The notes beneath the pieces were generated by a model. The model worked only from the letters and a program-made list of their open reading frames with translations. It was not told the DNA's origin and made no database searches. Below, one piece after another: positions 7,966 to 18,451 of a stretch of 59,151 bases of DNA. The stretch is from positions 1 to 59,151 of the IMG/VR virus record IMGVR_UViG_3300048837_000495, one strand, 5' to 3'. The position numbers and the translations under genes were made by a program. Numbering within the stretch: position 1 is the first letter of the stretch; every line of letters starts with the position of its first letter. This stretch comes from a virus. Taxonomy: Duplodnaviria > Caudoviricetes.

Positions 7966-10394
7966 AAACTATTGATTTCAACTATAAAGCCCCGCGAGTA
8001 GTAGGCCAGTTCATGCGCTCTGATGCCGAGTTTAAGGCCATACTCGGACCGTTCGGATCGGGGAAGAGCGTAGGGTGCTGCGTTGAAATCCTTAGACGGT
8101 GCGCACAGCAGCGCAAAGCGCCTGACGGTTTTCGCTATAGTAGATGGGTTGTTATTAGGAACGTCAACCAGCAGTTGAAGGACACCACTCTCAAGACCTG
8201 GTTTCAGTGGATAAAGCCTGGCGTGCTTGGGTACTGGAAAGTTACCGACATGACGTTCTACCTTGAGTTCAACGATGTCAAAGCCGAAATCCTTTTCCGC
8301 GCCCTGGACACGCCCGAGGACGTGCAGAAAGTTCTCTCCTTGGAGATTACCGGGGCCTGGCTAAACGAGTGCCAGTTCATTCCTCGGGAGATCGTAGAGG
8401 GCCTCCAGGGGCGCCTCAAGCGGTATCCCTCGCAAGAGATGGGCGGGTCGAACTATTGGATGCTCATAGCCGATACCAACCCGCCGGCGATCGACACGTA
8501 CTGGCACCGGGTATTCGAGCATCTCCCGATCGACGAGGGCGATGAGAACTCGGTTGTCGAGTGCGACACTTTCAAGCAGCCGTCCGGTCTTGCGCCCGAC
8601 GCGGACAACAAAGAAAACCTCCCGGCGGATTATTATGAGAAGCTGGCAAAGGGGAAATCGAAAGTATTCATTGATGCTTCCGTTCATGCCAAGTATCCGC
8701 CGAGCCAGGCCGGCAAGCCGGTGTATCATGCGACGTTCGATAGGAGCGTGCATGTCTCACCAACACCGCTGCCAATAAACCCGTATCTACCTGTAATTGT
8801 TGGCCAAGATTTCGGGCTTTGCTACGATGACAAAACAGAAGTATTAACTTCTTCTGGGTGGAAGCTGTTTAAGGACGTGTTAGACACAGATACAGTCGCT
8901 ACAAGGAACCCGGTTACTAAAAAACTCGAATACACCGGCATCAATTTCAAAGTAGAACGTAAGTACACTGGAAAGCTAATAGGATGGAGCAGCACCGAGG
9001 TTGATTTCTTAGTTACTCCAGAGCATAGGGTTCCATACACAAGGAGAGACTACCCAGACAACGTGTTGTTTGCTGAGGCATCATGGATAGCAAATAATAT
9101 GACAAAGCATTTGTTTGTAGACTTGGTTTCTACGTGGGAAGGAAAATCATTTACGCCTCCATGCGGTATGAGTATGGAGGTGTATGCTGAGTTGTGTGGA
9201 TGGCTCGCTAGCGATGGTAATTTTGAACTTGGAACAACTAGATTTTGTGTAGCTCAAGTGAAAGAGCACAACGATTTGACAGCGTTACTTGCAAAGACTC
9301 CATTTACATGGAACGCCTCTGATATTAGATACCGCGCATCTAATGAAGAGTTTTACAATCACTTCGTTTCTAAGTGGGGACGTACTAAAACAGAACGTAT
9401 AATATCCGATGAGATAAGGTTTGCTCCTAAAGAAATCATAGAAGTGTTTTTGAAAGCCTTTACTCGCGGAGACGGACACATCCGAGTACGCGCTAACGGA
9501 GCTACTGAGTGGACGATATTTGCAAACAACTACGAGCTGGCCGGAGGGTTACAAGAATTAGCACAAAAATGCGGTAAAAACTCATCTGTACGTATTCAGC
9601 GAGGCCAGGTGTCTTTGCTCGATACTGGACGCGAGATTATTTCTAATGACGGCTACGTAGTAACTATAAAGCAACGAGCTAAAAGAGCGGAGTTATTAAA
9701 GCGCAATTATGTGGAATGCGACTATGATGGTATGATATACTGTCTAAACGTACCATACCACACACTTTACATAAGGCGTAATGGAAAGCCGTCCTGGAAC
9801 GGGAATACTCCTGCTGGTCTGTGGATGCAGATGCAGGAAAACGGCAGGATTTACATTCTGCGGGAGACGCCGGCGTTTGACATGGGGACCAAGCGGTACA
9901 TCCGCTTAAAGTTTAGGCCCATGCACATGACGACGTTTCCTCTTAACCCGATTATTGTCATAGGCGACCCATCTGGGACACGGCGGGCCGATTCGGACGA
10001 AGGGACGAGTTTCAAGGAGTTCAAGGACGCTGGGTATATAGCCAAACCGGCGGCGACAAACGACCCGGAAGTACGAATTAAAGTTCTCGACGAGCTTTTT
10101 TCTTTATTTCCAGATAGAGCACCGGCTATACTTATTGACCCATCGTGCAAAAATTTCATTCAGGCAATGTCTTCTGGCTACCGATACCCGAGGAAAAAGA
10201 TGTCGGTTGCCGAGGACTATGGAGACAAGCCGGAGAAAAACTCGTTCTCGCATCTTGTTGAGGGCGGGCAATATGGGGCGATGTTTCTCACTGGGAAGCG
10301 CTACGACCCGTCCGATTACGTTGTCTATGATGAGGGGTTCAATCCCCTTGCAAACCGAACCTCTTATCGCCCGGCTCAACGGGAAGGCTATTAA
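7962..10394 (+). CDS. terL: Terminase large subunit interrupted by an intein
   Basis: Walker A GPFGSGKS, Walker B-like AWLNE, DTNPP coupling motif, nuclease GQDFG and IGDPSG. Confidence 0.93.
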   Translation: MKTIDFNYKAPRVVGQFMRSDAEFKAILGPFGSGKSVGCCVEILRRCAQQRKAPDGFRYSRWVVIRNVNQQLKDTTLKTWFQWIKPGVLGYWKVTDMTFYLEFNDVKAEILFRALDTPEDVQKVLSLEITGAWLNECQFIPREIVEGLQGRLKRYPSQEMGGSNYWMLIADTNPPAIDTYWHRVFEHLPIDEGDENSVVECDTFKQPSGLAPDADNKENLPADYYEKLAKGKSKVFIDASVHAKYPPSQAGKPVYHATFDRSVHVSPTPLPINPYLPVIVGQDFGLCYDDKTEVLTSSGWKLFKDVLDTDTVATRNPVTKKLEYTGINFKVERKYTGKLIGWSSTEVDFLVTPEHRVPYTRRDYPDNVLFAEASWIANNMTKHLFVDLVSTWEGKSFTPPCGMSMEVYAELCGWLASDGNFELGTTRFCVAQVKEHNDLTALLAKTPFTWNASDIRYRASNEEFYNHFVSKWGRTKTERIISDEIRFAPKEIIEVFLKAFTRGDGHIRVRANGATEWTIFANNYELAGGLQELAQKCGKNSSVRIQRGQVSLLDTGREIISNDGYVVTIKQRAKRAELLKRNYVECDYDGMIYCLNVPYHTLYIRRNGKPSWNGNTPAGLWMQMQENGRIYILRETPAFDMGTKRYIRLKFRPMHMTTFPLNPIIVIGDPSGTRRADSDEGTSFKEFKDAGYIAKPAATNDPEVRIKVLDELFSLFPDRAPAILIDPSCKNFIQAMSSGYRYPRKKMSVAEDYGDKPEKNSFSHLVEGGQYGAMFLTGKRYDPSDYVVYDEGFNPLANRTSYRPAQREGY
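8820..9806 (+). mobile_element. 329-aa intein with LAGLIDADG homing endonuclease
   Basis: Starts CYDDKTEVLT, block B VTPEHR, LCGWLASDG and FLKAFTRGDG motifs, ends IRRNGKPSWNGN before Thr; AT-richer than flanks. Confidence 0.9.
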
Positions 10395-12446
10395 ATGGAT
10401 ACCAGACCGGAAGAACTCGCCAAACTTGGATCGCACCTGAAAGGCACCCTCAAGCAGTTCATTACTGACCGCGAGCCGTTCGAGCGGCAGTGGCTTGTCA
10501 ATCTGCGGCAGTACCTCGGGCAGTATGACCCAGAGGTCAAGGCCTTGATCCCGGAAGAGCGCAGTCATGTCTACCCGAGGGACACCAGGGTTAAGGTAAA
10601 GGGCGGCGTGGCGAAGATGATGGAGATGATGTTTCCGAGCCAGGAGCGCAACTGGAGCCTGTCCGTTTCCCCAAATCCGTCCATTCCCAAAGAGGCGCTC
10701 GAGGCTATCCTCGCCGAGTTGCAGTTGCAGAGCGAAGGGCAGCAGGTTCCGAGCGAAGCGATCGAGCGGGCTGTGAGAGCCTTTGCCGAGGAGCGAAAGA
10801 ATAGGATGGAGGCCGAGATAGCCGACCAGCTCTCGGACGCCGCCATCGACTATCCGCAGCTCTGCAAGAAGGTAGTGCGAAGCGGGTATCTATTCGGCCC
10901 GGGTATCGTCCGTTGCCCAATGGTGCGCACCCAGAAAGACCGCGTCTGGGAGATCAACCCGAAAACCGGCCAGTACGAGGCGAAAGTCGTCACCAAACGC
11001 AGGCCGTACCCAGAGTATGTGCGGATCTGGGACTTCTACCCAGACCTCTCGGCGAAATCATGGGAAGACCAAGAGATGATGTTCGAGCGGTTCGTGCTTA
11101 CCAGACACAATTTTCGCAAACTCGCCAAGCGCGGCGATTTCCTTTCCGACGCGGTTCGGCAGTACCTTCGAGAGCATCCGACCGGTAACTATGTCGCCAA
11201 AACTTATGAGACGGATCTCCAAGTTCTGGCAAAAACCACGAATCTTGCGGAGCGCACTTCCAGACGTTACGAGCTGTACCGTGGTCTTGGGTTTGTTTCC
11301 GCGCACGATTTGCAGAAAGTCGGCGTTGAGGTAAAGGAATCCGAGCTTGACGAGGACATTTTGGCCGATCTGTGGTTCATCGACGATGTTGTAATCAAGG
11401 CCGAGAAGGCTGCTTTCGGTGACCGCCCGAGCGACCAGTATCATGCCTTCATCTACACCGAGGACGAGGACAGCGGGCTCACTGGCGTCGGGCTGCCGGA
11501 GGAAGTTCGTGATTCGCAGATGTCGCTTTGTGCTTCGACCCGGGCTTTGATGGATAACATGGCGGCGACTGCCGGCCCGATTATCGAGGTCAACAAGAGC
11601 TTGCTCCCAATAGGAAGAAAGTCGATCGGTCCTATTCACGCATTCATGACGATCGAGCGGGAGGGCGACGGGATCGACGCACAGTATCAGGCGGTGCGAG
11701 CTATCGTAACCGAGTCTCACATCGGGGAAATCCTTAGCGTTATCCAGACACTTCGGCAGCAGCTTGACATTGAGAGCAACTTGCCGGCGTTCACGATGGG
11801 CGGGGTGCAGCAGCCGCTCGGTGAGGCGTTCAGGACCAGCAACAATATGTCGATGATGATGGGCGGGGCCAACATGGTGACGAAGGACACCGTTCGAGCC
11901 TTCGACAAGTTCACCGCCAGCGTCATCAATGCCATGCTGCGCTGGAACATGGAGTTCAACCCCGACGAGAAGTTGAAAGGAGACTACCAAGCGTTGGCAA
12001 AAGGTAACATCTCACTTGTGGCCAAGGAAGTCCGTGGCGCGGCGCTCGACCAGTTCGTGATGACGCTAACTCCCGAGGAGCGCATTATCCTTGACACCTA
12101 CGGGCTTCTTGTGGATCGTTTGAAAGCGAGGGATTTGCCGACTGACCGACTGCTTCCCGAGGGGGAAGCCAGGGCTGCCATCGAGAACATGCGAGCGGCA
12201 CAGGCGCAGGCCGCACAGGTCGAGCAGGGACTTACCCAGGCCAAGACCCAGCAGTCGACGGCGTCGGCAGAGAAAGCCTTGGTTGAGGCGCAGAAAACAT
12301 CCTTGACGACTGAGGCAGTTATCCAGGAGATGCTGTCTCGCGTTGAAGCAAACCTTGCGCTGGCTCAAGCAAGCGATGACAAAACGCAACTCGAGAACCT
12401 GCGTATGCTTCTTGAGACGGCGACGAAGAAGGAGCAACCACAATGA
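10395..12446 (+). CDS. Portal protein
   Basis: 683 aa after TerL; WDFYPD, GVGLPE..RDSQ motifs; helical C-terminus. Confidence 0.85.
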   Translation: MDTRPEELAKLGSHLKGTLKQFITDREPFERQWLVNLRQYLGQYDPEVKALIPEERSHVYPRDTRVKVKGGVAKMMEMMFPSQERNWSLSVSPNPSIPKEALEAILAELQLQSEGQQVPSEAIERAVRAFAEERKNRMEAEIADQLSDAAIDYPQLCKKVVRSGYLFGPGIVRCPMVRTQKDRVWEINPKTGQYEAKVVTKRRPYPEYVRIWDFYPDLSAKSWEDQEMMFERFVLTRHNFRKLAKRGDFLSDAVRQYLREHPTGNYVAKTYETDLQVLAKTTNLAERTSRRYELYRGLGFVSAHDLQKVGVEVKESELDEDILADLWFIDDVVIKAEKAAFGDRPSDQYHAFIYTEDEDSGLTGVGLPEEVRDSQMSLCASTRALMDNMAATAGPIIEVNKSLLPIGRKSIGPIHAFMTIEREGDGIDAQYQAVRAIVTESHIGEILSVIQTLRQQLDIESNLPAFTMGGVQQPLGEAFRTSNNMSMMMGGANMVTKDTVRAFDKFTASVINAMLRWNMEFNPDEKLKGDYQALAKGNISLVAKEVRGAALDQFVMTLTPEERIILDTYGLLVDRLKARDLPTDRLLPEGEARAAIENMRAAQAQAAQVEQGLTQAKTQQSTASAEKALVEAQKTSLTTEAVIQEMLSRVEANLALAQASDDKTQLENLRMLLETATKKEQPQ

Positions 12447-12637
12447 GAGAGCGCGAGCCAGAAATACTTGAGCGGTTAAAGCCGCACCAGGAGGCCACAC
12501 AGTTGTTCTCTGAGCTGCTTGCCATTAGACGCGAGCGGCACCGCGACAAGCTCGAGAAGGGCGAGGATAACGAAGTTCGCGGACGAGCGAAAGAATGTAA
12601 GGATCTGTTACAATTATTAGTTGACTCGTCTGAGTAA
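12443..12637 (+). CDS. Hypothetical protein following portal
   Basis: 64-aa coupled ORF, RGRAKE motif. Confidence 0.65.
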   Translation: MREREPEILERLKPHQEATQLFSELLAIRRERHRDKLEKGEDNEVRGRAKECKDLLQLLVDSSE

Positions 12638-12649
12638 ATTTGTTACACT
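12621..12649 (+). promoter_or_regulatory. Putative sigma70 promoter for scaffold/capsid genes
   Basis: TTGACT-17bp-TACACT with TG extension. Confidence 0.6.
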
Positions 12650-12673
12650 ATGGAATAAACTTGGGGGAATCTC

Positions 12674-13636
12674 ATGAGCGAAGTGACCAACGATGCAGGA
12701 TTGACAGACGACGCCTTCGATTTGGCGTTTGAAGCCGCGCTGGCGGAACCGGAAACTCCAGGAGCCGAGGACGCCTCGGTTCAGGACGAAGCCGCCGCTG
12801 CCAACGGGCAGGCCGATAACGACGCGGCCGGTGCTGACGCCGACGCTGATAAAGAAAAAGCCGATGCGGATGCTGCCGCCAAAGCGGAAGCCGACGCTGC
12901 CGTCGCCGCTAAGGCCGCGGCCGATGCCGAGGTTGCAAAAACTGAGGCTGCTAAAGCCGCACCTCCTTCTCCCGCCCAAAAAAAGCCCGCTGTTGACCCG
13001 GCTGCCGAAGCCGCGGCTAAAGCGAAGAAGGAGGCTGATGACGCCGAGGCAAAGCGCCTTGCCGACGAGGCAAGGGCGAAAGAGGCCTATACCGAGGACG
13101 AGATCGCGGCAGTCAACGAGACGGCTACCAACTTCCCGGAAGTGGCCAAAGCCCTCAAGGCGGTTGAGCGAGTGGCGTTTGTGAAGGCCGAGAACGCCTT
13201 CAATGCCAAGCTCGCCGAGATGGCCGCGCAATTCGCCCAGCAGATCGCTCCGCTTACCAGTGTCGTGCAGCGCACTGCCCAGAATGAACATGAGGCCGCT
13301 ATTCTCAAGGTCCATCCCGACGCATTTACCATCTTACCGCAAGTTGAGCAGTGGGCAGAGACTCAACCCAGTATTCTCAAGAACGCATACAACGCGGTGC
13401 TTGATAAAGGAAGCACCCAAGACATAATCGAGCTGTTCACCGTGTATAAGGAAGCGACCAAAGCGGTTACGCCGCCGGCCGCTCCAGCGGTTGACGAAGC
13501 AGCGAAGCAGCAGGAAGTTGAAAAGCAAAAACGGCTTGAAGCGCAGGAAGGTGTGCGGGGGAGAAACACCAGCGGGCGGGCCACAGTAGACCCCGACGAT
13601 TTTGACGGGGCCTTTGAAAAGTTCGCCGCAGCATAA
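12674..13636 (+). CDS. Capsid scaffolding protein
   Basis: Acidic, Ala-rich helical protein between portal and capsid; C-terminal DDFDGAFEKF. Confidence 0.7.
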   Translation: MSEVTNDAGLTDDAFDLAFEAALAEPETPGAEDASVQDEAAAANGQADNDAAGADADADKEKADADAAAKAEADAAVAAKAAADAEVAKTEAAKAAPPSPAQKKPAVDPAAEAAAKAKKEADDAEAKRLADEARAKEAYTEDEIAAVNETATNFPEVAKALKAVERVAFVKAENAFNAKLAEMAAQFAQQIAPLTSVVQRTAQNEHEAAILKVHPDAFTILPQVEQWAETQPSILKNAYNAVLDKGSTQDIIELFTVYKEATKAVTPPAAPAVDEAAKQQEVEKQKRLEAQEGVRGRNTSGRATVDPDDFDGAFEKFAAA

Positions 13637-13674
13637 GCGTAACGGCGTAACCCAATTGCCACAGGAGGAAAACC

Positions 13675-14682
13675 ATGGCACAAACGACTTATGGGGACAT
13701 CTCCCCCGCAGTAGCAGCAAGTGCGGCCGTCGAAATGCTCAAGCGCGGCCAGCCCAATCTGGTCATCCAGCAGTTTTTGCAGTCCAAGCCGCTCGGCAAA
13801 AACCAGACCGATACCATGAAGTTTCGTCGGTACGAGCGTCTCTCCGCGGCCACCACCGCGCTTACCGAGGGCGTAACCCCGACCGGCAGCACTCCGACCA
13901 AGACCGACTACTCGGCAACTTTGGGGCAGTACGGTGACTTCCTCGAGCTGACCGACAAGATCGCCGACATGCACACCGACCCGGTTCTCAAGGAGTACTC
14001 CGGGATGCTCGGCGAGCAGGCTGCTCTCACCCTGGACACCCTGGCGTTCAATATCTTGAAAGCCGGCACCAACTTGATTCGCGCCAATGGCGCGGCTCGT
14101 ACCGACATCAATACCCCGCTGACTCTCAATCTCCAGCGGAAGGCCGTGCGGGCGCTCAAGCGGCAGTACGGTGAGAAGATTACCTCGAAAATCTCCAGCT
14201 CCGCCAAGTTCAATACCGAGTCCGTGAAGCCGGCCTACATCGGCCTCGTCCACCCCGACATGACCTTCGTCATTCGTGACATGGTAGGGTTCAAGGATGT
14301 CGTCGACTACGGCGGCGGGATGGATATGTACATGGGCGAGATCGGGTCCGTCGAGGAGGTCCGGTATATCGAGTCCACCGTGTTCGCTCCGTGGGCCGAT
14401 GGCGGCGGTGCCAAGGCTGGGTCCGGGACTACCATGATCTCCACCGCAGGCACCCTGGCCGACGTGTACCCGGTCCTGTACCTGGCCCGTGACTGTGCCG
14501 GCGCCGTGGCGCTCAAGGGCGCTAATGCTATCACTCCCGGCGTTCTCAACCCCGGCGTCATGCGCGAAGGCGACCCCCTCGGCCAGCGTGGGTATGTCTC
14601 TTGGAAGACCTACTACACGGCCGTTATCCTCAACCAGTCGTTCATGGTTCGCGTCGAGTGCGCCATCCCCGAGTTGAGCTAA
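13675..14682 (+). CDS. Major capsid protein, N4-gp56 family
   Basis: YGDISP, LTEGVTP, QYG...LTD, GEIGSVE.VR, DPLGQRGYVSWK. Confidence 0.9.
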   Translation: MAQTTYGDISPAVAASAAVEMLKRGQPNLVIQQFLQSKPLGKNQTDTMKFRRYERLSAATTALTEGVTPTGSTPTKTDYSATLGQYGDFLELTDKIADMHTDPVLKEYSGMLGEQAALTLDTLAFNILKAGTNLIRANGAARTDINTPLTLNLQRKAVRALKRQYGEKITSKISSSAKFNTESVKPAYIGLVHPDMTFVIRDMVGFKDVVDYGGGMDMYMGEIGSVEEVRYIESTVFAPWADGGGAKAGSGTTMISTAGTLADVYPVLYLARDCAGAVALKGANAITPGVLNPGVMREGDPLGQRGYVSWKTYYTAVILNQSFMVRVECAIPELS

Positions 14683-14693
14683 CCGATTGACAA

Positions 14694-14728
14694 TGCAGCC
14701 CCTACGCAGGGGCTGCACTACTTTCTTG
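14694..14728 (+). terminator. Hairpin terminator after the capsid gene
   Basis: TGCAGCCCCT-ACGC-AGGGGCTGCA followed by CTACTTTCTT. Confidence 0.65.
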
Positions 14729-14741
14729 CAAGGAGCAAGCT

Positions 14742-15041
14742 ATGGATAAGCAATTCGCCCAAGTAGGCACCGTGACCGTGCCCGACCCGGCAGCCGCAGT
14801 CACCGTCACCCTCGGCTTTCGGCCTCGGTATGTTCGAGCGTTCAGTGTGAACAATCTCGCATCCTACGAGCATTTTTACGGGATGTCCGACGGCACCTCG
14901 CTCGACACTGCCAACCATGCCGATACCCAGATTTCGTTGAACGCCGCCGGCAGCATCACGCTGACCGCCGATGGCTTCACGCTTGGCACTGACATCTGCG
15001 ATACCGCCGCTGACGTGGTTCGCTGGCTGGCAATTCGATAA
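14742..15041 (+). CDS. Small virion protein
   Basis: Follows capsid; LGFRPRYVR motif; SD AAGGAG. Confidence 0.65.
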   Translation: MDKQFAQVGTVTVPDPAAAVTVTLGFRPRYVRAFSVNNLASYEHFYGMSDGTSLDTANHADTQISLNAAGSITLTADGFTLGTDICDTAADVVRWLAIR

Positions 15042-15081
15042 CCCCTAGTCCAGGCGGGTATTTCCCTGCCGATAGGAGGAA

Positions 15082-15762
15082 ATGATGAGAGTACGAGAAC
15101 TTAAAGCGGGCCGTATCATCGCCGACGTTATTCAGTCCCATTCCGGTGGAACGCCGGCTATCGGTAACCAGTCCGCGACCGAGCAGGCGTTTCTCGACGG
15201 CGTAACCGCTGGGACCGTAACCGCGTCGAAGGCCGTTGTTGTCGACGCCAACAAGGATGTTTCCAGTTTCCGCAACGTGACTCTGACTGGAAACCTCAAC
15301 CGTACCAGCCAGCAGTTCGTGTTGCCGGCGGCCGGCCTCGCCAAAGTCGGCGCTACTGCTGGGTGGGTGGTCGCCGCCGCAGATAACAAAGCCCTGGTGA
15401 CCTTGCCAGCGAGCCAGACGGCGTCAACCTTGGTGATCCCGGTAACCATCCCGCTCAAGGTCGGCTGGACCATCACCGCTTTCAGCGTCATTGCTCAGAT
15501 CGAGTCGGCTGGCGGGGCCGTTACGCTCGACGCCGATCTGCGAAAACAGACCAACGCTGCTGGCGACCCGACCGATGCCAGTATTGGCGCGATCACTCAG
15601 GTATCGGTGACTGCCGACACCGCGGTTGCTTCGTCCAAGACGCTGGCTACGCCGGAAGTCGTGGCTGCCACCGAGACATTCTACGTGCTCGTAACCGCTA
15701 CCACTGCTGGGTCGACCGACATCGCGTTGCAGGGCATCACGTTGACCGTAACCGAAGTGTAA
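15082..15762 (+). CDS. Virion structural (head decoration/fibre-like) protein
   Basis: LDGVTAGTVTASKAVVVDANKD fibre-like segment, Thr/Ala/Val-rich. Confidence 0.65.
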   Translation: MMRVRELKAGRIIADVIQSHSGGTPAIGNQSATEQAFLDGVTAGTVTASKAVVVDANKDVSSFRNVTLTGNLNRTSQQFVLPAAGLAKVGATAGWVVAAADNKALVTLPASQTASTLVIPVTIPLKVGWTITAFSVIAQIESAGGAVTLDADLRKQTNAAGDPTDASIGAITQVSVTADTAVASSKTLATPEVVAATETFYVLVTATTAGSTDIALQGITLTVTEV

Positions 15763-15773
15763 GTCTCACCCAA

Positions 15774-15800
15774 GGGGAGGGAGTAACTACCCTCCTCTTC
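15774..15800 (+). terminator. Possible terminator hairpin
   Basis: GGGGAGGG-AGTAACTA-CCCTCCTC-TT; weak U tract. Confidence 0.4.
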
Positions 15801-15801
15801 A

Positions 15802-16092
15802 ATGAGCCTCTACAATAAGGAGACACGGACCATGTATATGAAGCGCATGTTGGAAATAGGGCAGGCAGCCAACGGATATGTTATCGAGTGTCGTGTCCCT
15901 CTCAAGCCAGCCATGAAGAAAGAGGGTAAAGAGCTTGTTGAGTCTTACCCCGGCTCTTGTGAAAAGCAGTATGTTGCCAAAGACGCGAAAGAGGTAAGTG
16001 CCTTGATCGCAAAACTCATGCCAATGCTTGATGACAAGTTCACCAGCGAGGATGAGTTTGACAAGGCTTTTGATGCAGCAGCAGCAGAGTAA
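15802..16092 (+). CDS. Hypothetical protein (true start probably ATG 15832)
   Basis: ORF; AAGGAG SD precedes the internal ATG. Confidence 0.7.
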   Translation: MSLYNKETRTMYMKRMLEIGQAANGYVIECRVPLKPAMKKEGKELVESYPGSCEKQYVAKDAKEVSALIAKLMPMLDDKFTSEDEFDKAFDAAAAE

Positions 16093-16109
16093 CTCGTTAA
16101 GGGGGAACC

Positions 16110-16523
16110 ATGAACGAAGAGTTTGATCTGGGCATACCCGCAGGCCCGCAGGACATCCCGCAGCCGAAGCCCAAAGCCCAAGGCAAAAAGAAAGACGTTT
16201 CCGTCGCGCCGGAGATCGACCCGGAAGACGATCGCGCCAACTGGCCCATCATTTATGTCGAGTTCGAGGAGGGCAAGCCCAACTTCGAGTTCATGGCGGT
16301 GCAGGGGACCAAGAAGGACGGGACACCGTTCGACCATTATCTCCGCGTTCAGCGCGGCGTCGAGGTGGCTGTGCCGCCGTCGATCGTCCACATGCTGCGG
16401 GATGCGATCAGCACCCACATGAAGCAGGTCCGGAACATGCAGACCGGCCTCAATGACCGGATCTTTACCGACCGCTCCGCGGTTCCTTGGCGCCTCGTTA
16501 AGGCTGGGAAATACATCGCATGA
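16110..16523 (+). CDS. Hypothetical protein of head module
   Basis: VQRGVEVAVP motif, SD GGGGG. Confidence 0.7.
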   Translation: MNEEFDLGIPAGPQDIPQPKPKAQGKKKDVSVAPEIDPEDDRANWPIIYVEFEEGKPNFEFMAVQGTKKDGTPFDHYLRVQRGVEVAVPPSIVHMLRDAISTHMKQVRNMQTGLNDRIFTDRSAVPWRLVKAGKYIA

Positions 16524-17200
16524 ACCGAGTAGCGCAACTCGCGGAACTTCGTCAGGTTGTCAAGGACACGGCCACGCCGTATCTGTGGTCCGACGACACG
16601 CTTATCGGCTATCTCGCCGAGGGGCAGGACAAGTTCTGCGAGGATACCGGGTATTTTGTTGACCTCACGAACTTCACGGTGACGCTGCAAACAAACGTTT
16701 ACGTCTACGCGATACCGGCCCGGGTCATCCAGGTTCTCGACATTTTCAACGGGAGGACCAAGCTCGGGAAGTCAAACCCCGACGATGTCTCGGTTATTGG
16801 ACCTGACTGGGTGTTCGACACCGACGAGCCAGGGATGCCGACGCATTGGCGCACGGACCGGGCAACCGGCTACATTGAGTTCAACAGGACGCCGACCGCC
16901 GAGCAGAACGGTACGGTGCTTACTCTCCAGGTGTGGCGTTACAGTCAGTACTCGCTCGATCACCAGACGGCTGGGGTTTACGACAAAGACCCCGAGTTGC
17001 CCTCGAGATTCCAACGGGCGTGCATTGAGTGGGCCGCGTACAAGGCTTTCAACCACCATGACGCCGATGCCCAAGACCCAGTGAAGTCTGACGTTCATCT
17101 CGGCTGGTACAGGCAATATGTGCGCGAGGGCAAGTTGTCGCTCCAGCGCCTCCAGAATATGGAAACCAGGGTCGGTGTCTCTCCGGCCTATAGGACGTAG
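16520..17200 (+). CDS. Head-tail adaptor-like protein
   Basis: YLWSDD.L..YL.EGQ..FC pattern and position. Confidence 0.6.
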   Translation: MNRVAQLAELRQVVKDTATPYLWSDDTLIGYLAEGQDKFCEDTGYFVDLTNFTVTLQTNVYVYAIPARVIQVLDIFNGRTKLGKSNPDDVSVIGPDWVFDTDEPGMPTHWRTDRATGYIEFNRTPTAEQNGTVLTLQVWRYSQYSLDHQTAGVYDKDPELPSRFQRACIEWAAYKAFNHHDADAQDPVKSDVHLGWYRQYVREGKLSLQRLQNMETRVGVSPAYRT

Positions 17201-17202
17201 TC

Positions 17203-18441
17203 ATGGCAACGATCGGCCCGTTCTCCAAAGGGATGAACAACCTGGCGCAGGACCATGACATCCCGAAGGGAACCCGGGAAGACCCTGGGGCCGCTTGTCG
17301 GAATGCCGTCAACGTCGATTTCAGCAATAGCGGCAAGGCTCGACGCCGCAAAGGCGGGGTGAAAGTCTACTCCGGCCTTATGTCGAAGGGAGGTTTTTCC
17401 TGCACTGCTGGTGCGTTCTTCGTTGAAGGCGGCTGGCTGAAATCTTTTGACGGATCCGCGGCCACCCCGCTTTGCCAAGTTCTCGGGTCGGCGTTTACTT
17501 ACCACTACCGCGATGGGGTTGTCTATTTCTCCGATGGTTTGGTGTGCAAGAAGATCGTTGACGGAGTGGCCTACAACTGGGGCATGACACCACCATCCGC
17601 GCCGGTCCTCTCGTCAACAAGCGGAAGCTACGGCCCCGGGAAGTACCTGGCCGCTGCCTGCTTTGTCGACTCGGACGGAGTCGAGTCCGGCGCTTCGCAA
17701 ATTGTCAGTATCGATGCCAGCGCCGATTGTGGTATCGTTTTTGGCGGTCTGGCTCTGACCGACGACCCGCAAGTTGCAGCCCTTCGGCTGTACCTCAGCA
17801 TGCCGGACGGTGCCGAGCTGTATCATGTTGCCGATGTCGAACCGGGCTCCGCGCCCTACACGGTGTCTGCCGGGCGTTACGACGACTCGAATGTCCTCGA
17901 GATGGCTTTCGTATCACCTCCTCCGGCCGGGCGCATTATCCGCACCCACAACGGACGGAAATTTGTCGCTGACGCCTTCGGCAATGTCTGGTACTCGGAC
18001 CCATTCCAGCCGGACCATTTCCGCCTTGGAGAGAACTTCCTCTCGTTCCCCGAGCCGGTAGACATTATGGAGCCGGTGGCCGGCGGCGTCTTCTTCGCTT
18101 ACGGTAACAAGACGGAGTTTCATGCTGGCGATGTTGAGGATGGGTTCACGGTCATTCCCAAGTTCGAGTATGGCGGCGTGTTTGGCACTGGCCAACAGGT
18201 TCCAAACTCTGAAAACGTGATGTGGCAGTCGCAGCGCGGAGCGATTCTTGGCGGGGCCGACGGGGCTGCCAGGAACTTGGTTGAGGAACAAGTGGCGCCG
18301 GACACCGGGGACAGCGGGGCAACAATCATTCGAGAAACCGATGGGTTAAAACAGTTCATCGCCGTCATCAACAACCCGATTCCGCCGAAAATCGCAGCAA
18401 CAAGTTGGATCGAGGCCGAAGTCATACGACGATCTTCATGA
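17203..18441 (+). CDS. Tail (nozzle/tubular-like) protein
   Basis: GMNN...NAVNVD...G.ARRRKG; beta-propeller-like WYSDP motif. Confidence 0.6.
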   Translation: MATIGPFSKGMNNLAQDHDIPKGTREDPGAACRNAVNVDFSNSGKARRRKGGVKVYSGLMSKGGFSCTAGAFFVEGGWLKSFDGSAATPLCQVLGSAFTYHYRDGVVYFSDGLVCKKIVDGVAYNWGMTPPSAPVLSSTSGSYGPGKYLAAACFVDSDGVESGASQIVSIDASADCGIVFGGLALTDDPQVAALRLYLSMPDGAELYHVADVEPGSAPYTVSAGRYDDSNVLEMAFVSPPPAGRIIRTHNGRKFVADAFGNVWYSDPFQPDHFRLGENFLSFPEPVDIMEPVAGGVFFAYGNKTEFHAGDVEDGFTVIPKFEYGGVFGTGQQVPNSENVMWQSQRGAILGGADGAARNLVEEQVAPDTGDSGATIIRETDGLKQFIAVINNPIPPKIAATSWIEAEVIRRSS

Positions 18442-18451
18442 GGCACATGAA

